Below, one piece after another: positions 10,130 to 18,698 of a stretch of 64,000 nt of DNA (the stretch's first letter is position 1; each line of letters starts with the position of its first letter). The notes under the pieces are model-generated. The model had not been told where the DNA came from, did no database searches, and saw nothing but the letters and a program-made list of their open reading frames with translations. The DNA is from Candidatus Omnitrophota bacterium (GTDB lineage Bacteria; Omnitrophota; Gorgyraeia; 2-01-FULL-45-10), in assembly GCA_030695905.1 (NCBI GenBank), contig JAUYOL010000043.1, positions 128,998 through 192,997 on the forward strand, written 5' to 3'. The position numbers and the translations under genes are program-made.

Positions 10130-10863
10130 TTGACCAATATCAAGCAGAACAAAAGTGCCGAGACCTCGGCAATTTCGTTTGCCGCGCCGATTGTGTCCCC
10201 TGTCATCCCGCCGATTTTTCTTTTCGCATATTGTATAAATAAAAATATAGTAACTGATAAAAGAGCCGTCAGGACAATGCCTTTTATGCCCATTAAAAAC
10301 CAGTTTAAAATCAGTGTAAATACGGCTCCTGCAAATATATCGGCCCTCTTCGCGTATTTTACAAAATATTTTGCCTTACCTTCGTCACGCGCATACTTGG
10401 ACACAGAGCACGCAAATGCCTGGAGCCATCTGGCGGATACGGCCGCCGCCAACAAAATCTTCCATAAGTCTTCCGGATGGATACTCGCTATTATCGCAAA
10501 TTTAAAGAGCAAAAGCAGCGCAATACCTGCCGCGCCCATCGTTCCAATGCGGCTGTCGCGCATTATTTTTAAAATATCCTCTTTAGAGCGCTTCCCGTAA
10601 AAACCATCGCAGGTATCCGCAAAACCGTCCAGATGGATTGCGCCGGTTATCACTACCCACACAATAAGAATCAGGGCGCTTCCGACTAAAGGCGGAAAAG
10701 ATGTTGAAATAAAAGCTATGCCTGCAAGAAGGGTGCCCAATAAGAGGCCTATGACAGGAAAATAAACGAGGGATCTGCCAAAATCCCCGTCTTCTATCTT
10801 TCCTTTAATGCTAACGGGAAGGATGGTCAGAAACTGCAAGGCTATCAGAAATCGCGTCTTCAT
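10117..10863 (-). CDS. cobS: Adenosylcobinamide-GDP ribazoletransferase (cobalamin synthase) CobS
   Basis: 248-aa polytopic membrane protein with the CobS-like N-terminus ALQFLTILP. Confidence 0.85.
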   Translation of the reverse strand: MKTRFLIALQFLTILPVSIKGKIEDGDFGRSLVYFPVIGLLLGTLLAGIAFISTSFPPLVGSALILIVWVVITGAIHLDGFADTCDGFYGKRSKEDILKIMRDSRIGTMGAAGIALLLLFKFAIIASIHPEDLWKILLAAAVSARWLQAFACSVSKYARDEGKAKYFVKYAKRADIFAGAVFTLILNWFLMGIKGIVLTALLSVTIFLFIQYAKRKIGGMTGDTIGAANEIAEVSALLFCLILVNCNI

Positions 10864-11915
10864 TTTTTTTCGGAAACACCGGCATTCTCAAAAGTCGCCA
10901 TCTCATTCAATATCTTGGTGCCGGCCTCGATAATATTCATAGCCAGTGCGGCACCGGTCCCTTCCCCCAAACGTAAGCTTAAATCAAGGATGGGCTTAAG
11001 CCCTAAAAATTCAAGCGCTTTTTTATGCCCCTGCTCTACAGAGCAATGCGCGGCTATCATATAGTCTTTTGTCTTAGGCTCTATTTTATATGCTATCAAT
11101 GCGGCCGCTCCGGAAATAAATCCATCTATAACCACGGGTATCCTGTGCTCCGCGGCAGCCAGTATTACTCCCGCCAATCCGCCTATCTCAAATCCGCCCA
11201 CTTTAGATAAGATATCTATGCCATCTTCCGGATTTGGCTTATTTACTTTTAGAGCCTCTTTTATAGCGTTGATTTTACTCTTTAGGGTTTTATCATCGAC
11301 CCCGGTACCCCTGCCTGTCACATCTTCCACATCCCTGCCGGTAATAACAGAGACTATGGCGCTTGAGGGAGTAGTATTGCCGATCCCCATGTCTCCCGTT
11401 CCAACAATATCGATTCCATTTATCAGCTCTGCTTTGAACGCCTCTATACCATTTTCAATGGATTTAACAGCCTCGTCTTTTGACATCGCGGGACCTTTTG
11501 TCATATTCTTTGTACCGCGATTTACCTTTTTTATAATGAGAGCCGGATCATTTTTAAGATCGCAAGCAACTCCCATATCGATGACAACAACTCTCGCGCC
11601 CGCGTGCCTGGCGAGCACGTTTATGCCCGCTGTGCCATTTAGAAAATTATATACCATCTGAGGGGTAACTTCCTTGGGAAACGCGCTAACATTATTTTCA
11701 ACAACGCCATGATCCCCGGCCATCGTAAATATAACCTTGCGTGCCAGCTTCGGGTTTCTGGTTTTGGTTATTTCCACAACCTGCTTGGCCAGATCTTCCA
11801 GCCTTCCAAGGCTTCCTTGGGGCTTCGTCAGATTATCTAATCTCTTCTGTGTTTCTTCAGATAACGAATCATCAATTTTCTTAATTCTCGATATTGTTTC
11901 ATTCAATAATTTCAT
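10860..11915 (-). CDS. cobT: Nicotinate-nucleotide--dimethylbenzimidazole phosphoribosyltransferase CobT
   Basis: 351 aa with a CobT-like fold, including GEGTGAALA near the C-terminus. Confidence 0.85.
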   Translation of the reverse strand: MKLLNETISRIKKIDDSLSEETQKRLDNLTKPQGSLGRLEDLAKQVVEITKTRNPKLARKVIFTMAGDHGVVENNVSAFPKEVTPQMVYNFLNGTAGINVLARHAGARVVVIDMGVACDLKNDPALIIKKVNRGTKNMTKGPAMSKDEAVKSIENGIEAFKAELINGIDIVGTGDMGIGNTTPSSAIVSVITGRDVEDVTGRGTGVDDKTLKSKINAIKEALKVNKPNPEDGIDILSKVGGFEIGGLAGVILAAAEHRIPVVIDGFISGAAALIAYKIEPKTKDYMIAAHCSVEQGHKKALEFLGLKPILDLSLRLGEGTGAALAMNIIEAGTKILNEMATFENAGVSEKK

Positions 11916-11923
11916 ATGCCCGC

Positions 11924-12445
11924 CTATTTTATGCTTACCGGTATCCCTGCATGCATCATAATAACCTCATCGGCCCGTGCCGCTATTACCTGATTCGCCA
12001 TTCCGATCAGGTCGCGGAATCTCCTCGATAGCGCGTCGCCGGGTACTATGCCTTCTCCCACCTCGTTTGATACTATGATAACGATGCCTGCTTTAGCTTT
12101 GGATACACTGTCGCAGAGCTTTTTTATTCTTTTTTCTATCGCGCTATCATTCATATTGGTCATTAAAAGATTAGAGATCCATAACCCGAGACAATCGATT
12201 AGCGCTACGCGATATACCGGCTTCAGCCCGTCAAGGATATCGCATATGTTTACAGGCTCCTCAATGAGATCCCAGCCCTTCGGCCTTGAAGTCTTATGCA
12301 GCCGGATTCTATTCTTCATCTCCTCATCTGACGCGGTAGCAGTCGCGATAAATACAGTCTTTTTATTAATAGTTTTTGCAAGCGCAACAGCATGCTGGCT
12401 CTTACCGCTTCGCGCACCGCCTAAAATAAAGGTCATATTACTCAT
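11924..12445 (-). CDS. cobU: Adenosylcobinamide kinase / adenosylcobinamide-phosphate guanylyltransferase CobU
   Basis: 173 aa with P-loop GGARSGKS. Confidence 0.85.
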   Translation of the reverse strand: MSNMTFILGGARSGKSQHAVALAKTINKKTVFIATATASDEEMKNRIRLHKTSRPKGWDLIEEPVNICDILDGLKPVYRVALIDCLGLWISNLLMTNMNDSAIEKRIKKLCDSVSKAKAGIVIIVSNEVGEGIVPGDALSRRFRDLIGMANQVIAARADEVIMMHAGIPVSIK

Positions 12446-13043
12446 CGCTGCCCCTAAGATGCCCGATGTCGTTGAATTTTATCAATCTGAGTTTTCCTCT
12501 TTTATGTTCTACCATGGTAACGCTCGCAGGCGATGGGACACAGCTCCAAAAGTTCCCGCTCCTTGATATACCGTTCACAAATATACCTATCACTCCGCCG
12601 TGGCAAACAACGGCAATCGTCTTATCGGGATTAGATTTTACTATCTTCCGCAGGGCATTCCCGACCCTCTTTTTAAAAACACCCATAGGCTCTGCGTTAG
12701 GAATTCTATTTTTGAAAGAATTTTTTATCCATTTCTTGTAGATAATCGTATATCTTTCCATGATGTCTTGATGGCGCAACCCTTCAAGAACGCCGAAATT
12801 AATTTCACGCAACCCCCGGTCTATAATTATTTTTCTTTCTTTAAAAAGTATGCGAGCGGTTTGTGTAGCGCGTTTTTGATTACTGCAATATATTTTATCG
12901 AACCTATCGATATCGAGCCCTTTGGATAGCAGCTTAACCTGAGACTTGCCTTCATTGCTTAATCCTATATCTTTGTGGCCGCAGTAACGCTTTTGTTTAT
13001 TCCACCTGGTTACGCCATGACGTATCAAAATCAACCTTGTCAT
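12438..13043 (-). CDS. cobC: Alpha-ribazole phosphatase CobC (histidine phosphatase family)
   Basis: The N-terminus contains the RHG motif (LILIRHGVTRWN); located in the cob operon. Confidence 0.8.
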   Translation of the reverse strand: MTRLILIRHGVTRWNKQKRYCGHKDIGLSNEGKSQVKLLSKGLDIDRFDKIYCSNQKRATQTARILFKERKIIIDRGLREINFGVLEGLRHQDIMERYTIIYKKWIKNSFKNRIPNAEPMGVFKKRVGNALRKIVKSNPDKTIAVVCHGGVIGIFVNGISRSGNFWSCVPSPASVTMVEHKRGKLRLIKFNDIGHLRGSDE

Positions 13044-13067
13044 AAATATTTTCTTAAAATATTCCTG

Positions 13068-14447
13068 TTATTTTATTGCGAGATCAAGCGTCGTAAGCGT
13101 GCCTTTATCCCATTTGTCCCACAAATACGCGTCTTCTTTATTATCGGCGATTAATCTAAACGCGTATTTGACCTGCTCTTCATAGAGTCCGCAAAACGCG
13201 CCTCTTGAAGCCATCGAGCCGTTTATAGCCCACGCTTCGGCAGGGCACGGCGAACCGCAAAAATGACGGATAGCGCAGCGAGAACATGGCTCAATATCCT
13301 CAACGCGCCTGCCTGTAACAGATTTGAATGGCGCGGTTTTTAGGACGTTTCGGACATTATCCCTGAAGATATTGCCGCCCATAAATTTCTTTATCCCTAT
13401 AAATTCGCTGCAAGGAAACATGTCTCCTCTGCTCGAAATCGCAAAAAAACATCTGCCGCCCCCGCATGGCGAAATATCACACATAAGCCGCCGTGCCGTG
13501 GGCGCGAGAATGCTTATCAAGATATTCGCGAAATTAGCGATTACCAGTTTGCGGCCGGTCTGCTGATAAAGCTCGTAAGCGCGATCCAGGGCTTTCAGGT
13601 AAAATTTCGCCGATTCCTCGTCCGACGGTTTTTGTCTGCGTCCGCCGGGAAGAGTACATCGGACAGGGTTAAGCATGCAAGTGGGCACTTCCAGGCCATG
13701 AAAAAACTCGACTATCTTTGCCTGGTAGGGCATATTTTCTTTCGTTACGGTGCATATGACCGAATAATTATGATACCCTTTAAGCCTGTCTATCGCCTGT
13801 AAAACTTTTTGGGAAACGCCTTTACCGCTCCAGTCCCGGCGTAATCTGTCGGCTACACCATCTACGTGGCCGTCCAGAGAAAGGCCTATGCTTATGCCTC
13901 TTGAAGTCAAAAATTCTGTCGTTTCAGCGTCCAAAAGCGTTCCATTGGTTTGAACACCAAAACGAAAGTCCTTCTTAAATTTGTCTATCGCGGTAAAAAC
14001 GGCTTCTTTATTAAGCAGGGGTTCCGCCCCATGAAAAATAATCTGAGGCATCTGGCCCTTTAATAAAGTGGATTTAAAATAATCCTTAAGAATCCCCAGG
14101 GCTTTCAAAATCTTTTGGACGGGCATATTTGAGCCGCTTTTACGCAGATCTGCGGGAATGTAGCAATAAGAACAATTCAAATTACATTTGTCTGTAGGAT
14201 TAAAATATACGGCTGAGGGATTTAATCCAAACCGTAAGGTGTTCATTTCGGCATAAAAAGCCTTCGCCTTCTTGCGGTATCCGTTTAAAACAGAAGAATT
14301 TTCCAGCGCGGCGGATAGCTTATCTTTTCTTACCAATGCCCAAAATGCCGTATCGGCGGAAACTAAACAAGCATAGTCCCTATGGCCGATGTCTATGGGC
14401 TGAATAGTATCTCCCTCGCCCATATTAAAATTAGTCTGAGTCTTCAT
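13068..14447 (-). CDS. Radical SAM / SPASM-domain enzyme with an approximately 95-aa N-terminal extension; function unknown. Candidate peptide maturase or AhbD/NirJ-like tetrapyrrole-modifying enzyme
   Basis: The CNLNCSYC radical SAM motif starts near residue 97. The C-terminal SPASM/twitch cysteine motifs are CGGGRC...C and CSRCAIRHFCGSPC. It is the first large cistron after the B12 riboswitch and is preceded by a 38-aa peptide ORF. Confidence 0.8.
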   Translation of the reverse strand: MKTQTNFNMGEGDTIQPIDIGHRDYACLVSADTAFWALVRKDKLSAALENSSVLNGYRKKAKAFYAEMNTLRFGLNPSAVYFNPTDKCNLNCSYCYIPADLRKSGSNMPVQKILKALGILKDYFKSTLLKGQMPQIIFHGAEPLLNKEAVFTAIDKFKKDFRFGVQTNGTLLDAETTEFLTSRGISIGLSLDGHVDGVADRLRRDWSGKGVSQKVLQAIDRLKGYHNYSVICTVTKENMPYQAKIVEFFHGLEVPTCMLNPVRCTLPGGRRQKPSDEESAKFYLKALDRAYELYQQTGRKLVIANFANILISILAPTARRLMCDISPCGGGRCFFAISSRGDMFPCSEFIGIKKFMGGNIFRDNVRNVLKTAPFKSVTGRRVEDIEPCSRCAIRHFCGSPCPAEAWAINGSMASRGAFCGLYEEQVKYAFRLIADNKEDAYLWDKWDKGTLTTLDLAIK

Positions 14448-14466
14448 GGTGTTTTATCTTTGTGAA

Positions 14467-14583
14467 TTAAGACTTGCTCCCTTTATTCAATAACACATAA
14501 TGCGACAAACCTGTGCCGTTAGCTTTACATTTCTTACGGCTGGCTATAATGCTTTTCTTTATTTTGCTCGCCTTTTTCTCCAT
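14467..14583 (-). CDS. 38-aa Lys-rich peptide (MEKKASKIKKSIIASRKKCKANGTGLSHYVLLNKGSKS); candidate precursor peptide or partner of the downstream rSAM-SPASM enzyme. Below the 60-aa ORF-track cutoff
   Basis: Minus-strand ATG preceded by AAGGAGG with 8-nt spacing. A TAA stop lies about 20 nt upstream of the rSAM start. It sits between the riboswitch terminator and the rSAM gene. Confidence 0.45.
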   Translation of the reverse strand: MEKKASKIKKSIIASRKKCKANGTGLSHYVLLNKGSKS

Positions 14584-14616
14584 ATCATTCACCTCCTTTA
14601 TATTTTATGGTTCCAT

Positions 14617-14656
14617 GAAATAAAAAGCCCCGCGACTGAAAAACAGTGCGGGGTAT
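14617..14656 (-). terminator. Riboswitch expression-platform intrinsic terminator (GC-rich hairpin plus U-tract)
   Basis: The minus strand reads CCCCGCACTG-TTTTT-CAGTCGCGGGG followed by CTTTTTATTT, immediately downstream of the cobalamin aptamer. Confidence 0.6.
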
Positions 14657-14757
14657 GTTCCCTGGTTTTACAAAACCCGTATACAGCGGCATTATTCACG
14701 ATGCCTTGATATATAGGTAGGTCTTCTGACTGCCCAGCCCTTTTTAACTGCCTTCCC

Positions 14758-14908
14758 ATTCCAGAAATAATAGAATAGTGGCTTTATTGTTAAAAAGGCT
14801 CCTTTTCTAAAAACAAGAAAAGGGCTGAGCTACAGCGGCGGGACCGTTTCCGTTTTCCCGCCAGATTCGCTCAAACAAATCTAAGCGGCGGGACTGGAAT
14901 TCCCTTTT
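14758..14908 (-). promoter_or_regulatory. Cobalamin (AdoCbl) riboswitch aptamer
   Basis: Minus strand contains GGCGGGAAAACGGAAACGGTCCCGCCGCTGTAGC (GGGAA...CCCGCC.CTGTA core) and the B12 box AAGCCACTA...GGGAAGGCAG, located 5' of the cob operon. Confidence 0.8.
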
Positions 14909-14957
14909 AAGCTCTCTCGAGCACCTATACAGTTCAATGTGTCAAAGAATAAATTAG

Positions 14958-14985
14958 ATTATAGCGCATTGCTCTAAAACGTCAA
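14958..14985 (-). promoter_or_regulatory. Sigma70-type promoter for the riboswitch-controlled cob transcript
   Basis: Minus strand has TTGACG, a 16-nt spacer, then TATAAT, about 45 nt upstream of the aptamer. Confidence 0.55.
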
Positions 14986-14997
14986 GTAAAATTTTTC

Positions 14998-15753
14998 CTA
15001 CGCCTTTTCGATCTCCTTCAAGAATTCTACGGATTTGAGGCGGCGTTCGATGTGGTAATCTAAGAATTTTCGCAGGATAGACTCGAGCTCTTTGCCGACA
15101 ACGTTTGCGACCTTGATACGCTCAACTTTCTCAAACGGAAGTTCGCGTATATGCTCGATGAACTTAACGGTTCCCGCCATTATCGGCAGCGCGTTTTTGT
15201 CTTTATCTATGCAGGTTTTACATATAAGCCCTCCATGCGCGACGCTGAATTTAGCTCCCGGTTCGGGCTTGCTGCCGCAATACGCGCAAGCATTAAGCGT
15301 GGGCATAAGGCCTATAAGACCCAGCAATTTGATCTCGAATATTCTTGCGACTCTTTTGGCGCTTGCCTGGCTCGACAAAAGCGTTAAACTATTCAGGAGA
15401 AGCCCGAAGATTTCTTGGCTTTTTTCTCCCAGGCCCGTTACGGAATCAAGAAGCTCTATTATGTAATTAGCGTACGCGAGACGCTCCAAAGATTGCCTTA
15501 CCGGATAGAAAAATTCAAGCAGGTCGCACTGGGATATCGTAAAGACATCCGCCTTTTTTCTCTCATAGAACACTATCTCATCATGCGCGAATACCTCAAG
15601 GCTTCCCCCGCCATACTGCGCGTGCGGACCGCGCACACCACGCACTATCCCTTTTATCTTGCCGAAATCTTTTGTAAATAAAGTGACTATCAGGCTGGTT
15701 TCTCTTAGGTCCTGCCGCCTTATTACTATGGCTTCAGATTTCTGGATAGGCAT
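14998..15753 (-). CDS. recO: DNA repair protein RecO
   Basis: 251 aa with an N-terminal OB-fold region and a C4 zinc motif (CAYCG...CKTC). Confidence 0.8.
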   Translation of the reverse strand: MPIQKSEAIVIRRQDLRETSLIVTLFTKDFGKIKGIVRGVRGPHAQYGGGSLEVFAHDEIVFYERKKADVFTISQCDLLEFFYPVRQSLERLAYANYIIELLDSVTGLGEKSQEIFGLLLNSLTLLSSQASAKRVARIFEIKLLGLIGLMPTLNACAYCGSKPEPGAKFSVAHGGLICKTCIDKDKNALPIMAGTVKFIEHIRELPFEKVERIKVANVVGKELESILRKFLDYHIERRLKSVEFLKEIEKA

Positions 15754-15756
15754 AAT

Positions 15757-16458
15757 TTAACGCAGCAGCTGAAATACGAGCGTCGTTACCAATACACCCA
15801 ATATACCGCCCGCGACAACTTCCCGTATTGTGTGGATAGAAGATTTTATCCTGTGGCGCGCTATCAGGAACGCCATCACAAAAGCCAGTATTATGACTAT
15901 CGCGTTGTGGGTAAGAAACGCTATGATAGTCCACATTGAAAATGCTATGGCCGTGTGACCCGACGGCATGCCTCCGCGCATCGGCGTCCCGCTATGCAAT
16001 ACTATCTTGCCGAATATAGTAACGGCCAGCACAACTATAATCGAAATAAATGTAAGATGCCAGGGACTCCTGCCTATCCTCATTATTCCATCTTCCACGC
16101 TAAACGGAAGCCTGCCCGCGAATAACAGGTAGCCAACTATCGCAGCGTTTATAGCGGTCAACAATACCGCGCCCGCCGAAACGTCTTTTATGATCCTCGC
16201 GATGGGGTGGTATTCCATCTGCACTATAATATCTACAACCAGTTCCACCGCCGTATTGATCATCTCCGCCGATAGGACCAGTGTGATCGTAAGAGCGAGT
16301 ATCATCAATTCATTGGGCGTAAAATTAAAGAATATTCCCAAGAGCAAAATCAATATAGCCAAAAGGAAATGGATGCGCATATTCCTCTGGGTCTTGATAA
16401 CGTAGAAAAAACCTTCTATCGCGGCGTTAAAACTTTCGAAAAGCTTGACTTGGCGCAT
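15757..16458 (-). CDS. dgkA: Fusion protein: DgkA-family lipid kinase (undecaprenol/diacylglycerol kinase) N-domain plus PAP2 phosphatase (undecaprenyl-diphosphatase-like) C-domain
   Basis: The N-terminal approximately 115 aa are DgkA-like (FFYVIKTQRNMRIH...EMINTAVE). The C-terminal part has the PAP2 motifs PSGHT and ARHR. Confidence 0.7.
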   Translation of the reverse strand: MRQVKLFESFNAAIEGFFYVIKTQRNMRIHFLLAILILLLGIFFNFTPNELMILALTITLVLSAEMINTAVELVVDIIVQMEYHPIARIIKDVSAGAVLLTAINAAIVGYLLFAGRLPFSVEDGIMRIGRSPWHLTFISIIVVLAVTIFGKIVLHSGTPMRGGMPSGHTAIAFSMWTIIAFLTHNAIVIILAFVMAFLIARHRIKSSIHTIREVVAGGILGVLVTTLVFQLLR

Positions 16459-16886
16459 AGTATTTTTAATATCCTGTTCTCTTTTGCCGACATCTTCTTC
16501 TTTTCGCGCGCAGTCTCATCATCGTAGCCGAAAAGATGCAGAATGCCGTGTATTACGTACAAAATTATCTCTTCTTCGAATAATGTGCCGAAGACTTTTG
16601 AATTCTTAAGCGCGGTATCGGACGATATTAATATCTGTCCGCACTCTCCAAGATCAAAACTTAACACATCCGTAGCCCTGTCGCTATGCTTATACTTCTT
16701 ATTAACCGGTTTTATAGCTTTATCGCTTAAAAAAACTATATCCAGCTTTGTATCGCGCGGTTTACCTAAAATCTCCAGAATTTCTACACCGATTCTTTTT
16801 ATAAGCGGCTCGTTAAGGCTGAACTTTTTATTCGCATTTTTTACAACAACCCCAGACACCCTGTGCCCGGTCCTGTTCTTACTCAT
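16416..16886 (-). CDS. ybeY: rRNA maturation endoribonuclease YbeY
   Basis: Contains the HGILHLFGYDDE zinc-binding motif. Confidence 0.85.
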   Translation of the reverse strand: MSKNRTGHRVSGVVVKNANKKFSLNEPLIKRIGVEILEILGKPRDTKLDIVFLSDKAIKPVNKKYKHSDRATDVLSFDLGECGQILISSDTALKNSKVFGTLFEEEIILYVIHGILHLFGYDDETAREKKKMSAKENRILKILCAKSSFSKVLTPR

Positions 16887-16932
16887 GCCCTTGACCGCTC
16901 GTATGCCTTTATTATCTTTATGGTCTTTTCCA

Positions 16933-18696
16933 TTATCGCTTTATCTTGATACCCAGCTCATTCAGCTGTTTTTCATCTACTACAGAAGGAGCGCTTGTCA
17001 CAGGACAAAATGCCTTCTGTGTCTTCGGGAAGGCAATGACATCCCTTATCGAGTCGCTTCCGGTAAATATCGCCATCAGCCGGTCGAGTCCGAACGCCAC
17101 GCCGCCATGCGGAGGCGCGCCGTATTTGAACGCGTCCAGCAGGAAGCCGAACCTTGATTTCGCGTCTTCATCGCTTATGCCTATGGTCTTAAATATCAGT
17201 TCCTGCATCTTTCTGTCGTGTATCCTTATGCTCCCTGAACCGAGTTCCATACCATTCAAAACCAAATCATATGATCTTGACCGCGCGAAGTGCAGGTCTT
17301 TACCTTTTTCCAGAAGAGGTATATCTTCAGAGTGGCATGAAGTAAACGGATGATGCTCCGACTCCCATCTCTTCTCTTCATCATTGTATTTAAATAGCGG
17401 GAAGTCCACTACCCACAGGAATTCAAACCGCTTTTCATCGATAAGTCCCAGCTTTTTTCCCAGGAATTTTCTCAAATTTGCCATTGAGTCGAACACCGTT
17501 TTTTCGGAATCGGCGACTATGAATATCATGTCTCCGTCTTCCGCGCAGAGCACCTCTTTTATTGAAGATAACTCCTCTTTTGTGAAAAATTTATCGATCT
17601 GCGATGCCAGGGCGCCTTTTTCGGCTTTGAAATTAGCCAGCCCTTTAGCGCCGTATTTTTTCACAAGCTCTATCAATTCATCGACCTGGCCCCTGGAATA
17701 AGAGCCGCATCCCTTGGCATTTATGGCTATTACCTTGCCGCCCTTCTTTATAACTTCGTGGAATATTTTGAACTGACAATTCTTCACGATATTGGTTATC
17801 TCCACGAGTTCCAGTCCGAATCTTGTATCGGGCTTATCACAGCCAAACCTCGCCATCGCTTCGGAATAGCTCATTCGCGTGAATGGAGTCTTTAGATCAA
17901 CCCCTATCGCGCCTTTGAATATCTTTTTCATCAATCCTTCGGATAGCTCGAATATGTCCTCTTCGGTAACGAATGACATTTCAATATCGAACTGCGTAAA
18001 CTCGGGCTGCCTATCCGCCCTCAAATCTTCATCGCGGAAACATTTCGCTATCTGAAAATACCTATCCAGCGACGATACCATAAGCAGCTGTTTAAATAGC
18101 TGCGGCGATTGAGGAAGAGCGTAGAACATGCCGGGATTAAGCCTTGACGGGACAAGATAGTCGCGCGCGCCTTCTGGTGTTGATTTGGTAAGTATAGGTG
18201 TCTCTATTTCTACAAAATTCCTTTCGTCAAAATAGTCACGGGCAAGTTTACAGACCTTGTGTCTTAATCTTAAATTCTTCTGCATAGAAGGCCGTCTTAT
18301 GTCAAGGTATCTGTATTTTAATCTCGCTTCTTCGGATATATTTATCGCGTCCGTGATCTCAAACGGCGTGGTCAATGATTTATTGAGTATCTCCAGCGAT
18401 TGTGCCCGGATCTCTATCTTGCCGGTAGGTATCTTGTCGTTATTTGTGCCTTCGGGCCTTGACTCAACAATCCCTTCGACCATTATCACGAATTCAGAGC
18501 GTAGATTTTCCGCTTCTTTATGGACCGCGGGATGTGTTTTAGGGTCGAATACTATCTGGGTTATACCGTAGCCATCCCTTAGATCTATAAATATCAGGCT
18601 TCCATGATCCCTGCGGCTTCCTACCCATCCGCAGAGCCTGGCGGTCTTGCCTATAGTTTTTTCATTCAATTCACAGCACGTATGCGTTCTTAACAT
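16933..18696 (-). CDS. aspS: Aspartate--tRNA ligase
   Basis: 587 aa with class II aaRS motifs and the bacterial AspRS N-terminal OB fold (LRTHTCGELN-like). Confidence 0.9.
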   Translation of the reverse strand: MLRTHTCCELNEKTIGKTARLCGWVGSRRDHGSLIFIDLRDGYGITQIVFDPKTHPAVHKEAENLRSEFVIMVEGIVESRPEGTNNDKIPTGKIEIRAQSLEILNKSLTTPFEITDAINISEEARLKYRYLDIRRPSMQKNLRLRHKVCKLARDYFDERNFVEIETPILTKSTPEGARDYLVPSRLNPGMFYALPQSPQLFKQLLMVSSLDRYFQIAKCFRDEDLRADRQPEFTQFDIEMSFVTEEDIFELSEGLMKKIFKGAIGVDLKTPFTRMSYSEAMARFGCDKPDTRFGLELVEITNIVKNCQFKIFHEVIKKGGKVIAINAKGCGSYSRGQVDELIELVKKYGAKGLANFKAEKGALASQIDKFFTKEELSSIKEVLCAEDGDMIFIVADSEKTVFDSMANLRKFLGKKLGLIDEKRFEFLWVVDFPLFKYNDEEKRWESEHHPFTSCHSEDIPLLEKGKDLHFARSRSYDLVLNGMELGSGSIRIHDRKMQELIFKTIGISDEDAKSRFGFLLDAFKYGAPPHGGVAFGLDRLMAIFTGSDSIRDVIAFPKTQKAFCPVTSAPSVVDEKQLNELGIKIKR

Positions 18697-18698
18697 TT

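Noticed and set aside
14500-14709. Plus-strand 69-aa ORF in the cob leader region
   Set aside because: It lies antisense to the minus-strand riboswitch terminator and the 38-aa peptide gene. It has no RBS, and a low-complexity hydrophobic translation typical of a shadow ORF.
14758-14908. Possibility of a tandem (double) cobalamin aptamer
   Set aside because: A second GGGAA/CCCGCC-like stretch (AGGGAATTCCAGTCCCGCCGC) occurs at the 5' end. The total length (~150 nt) and a single B12 box fit one aptamer, with that stretch forming the P1/P2 region. This needs a covariance-model check.
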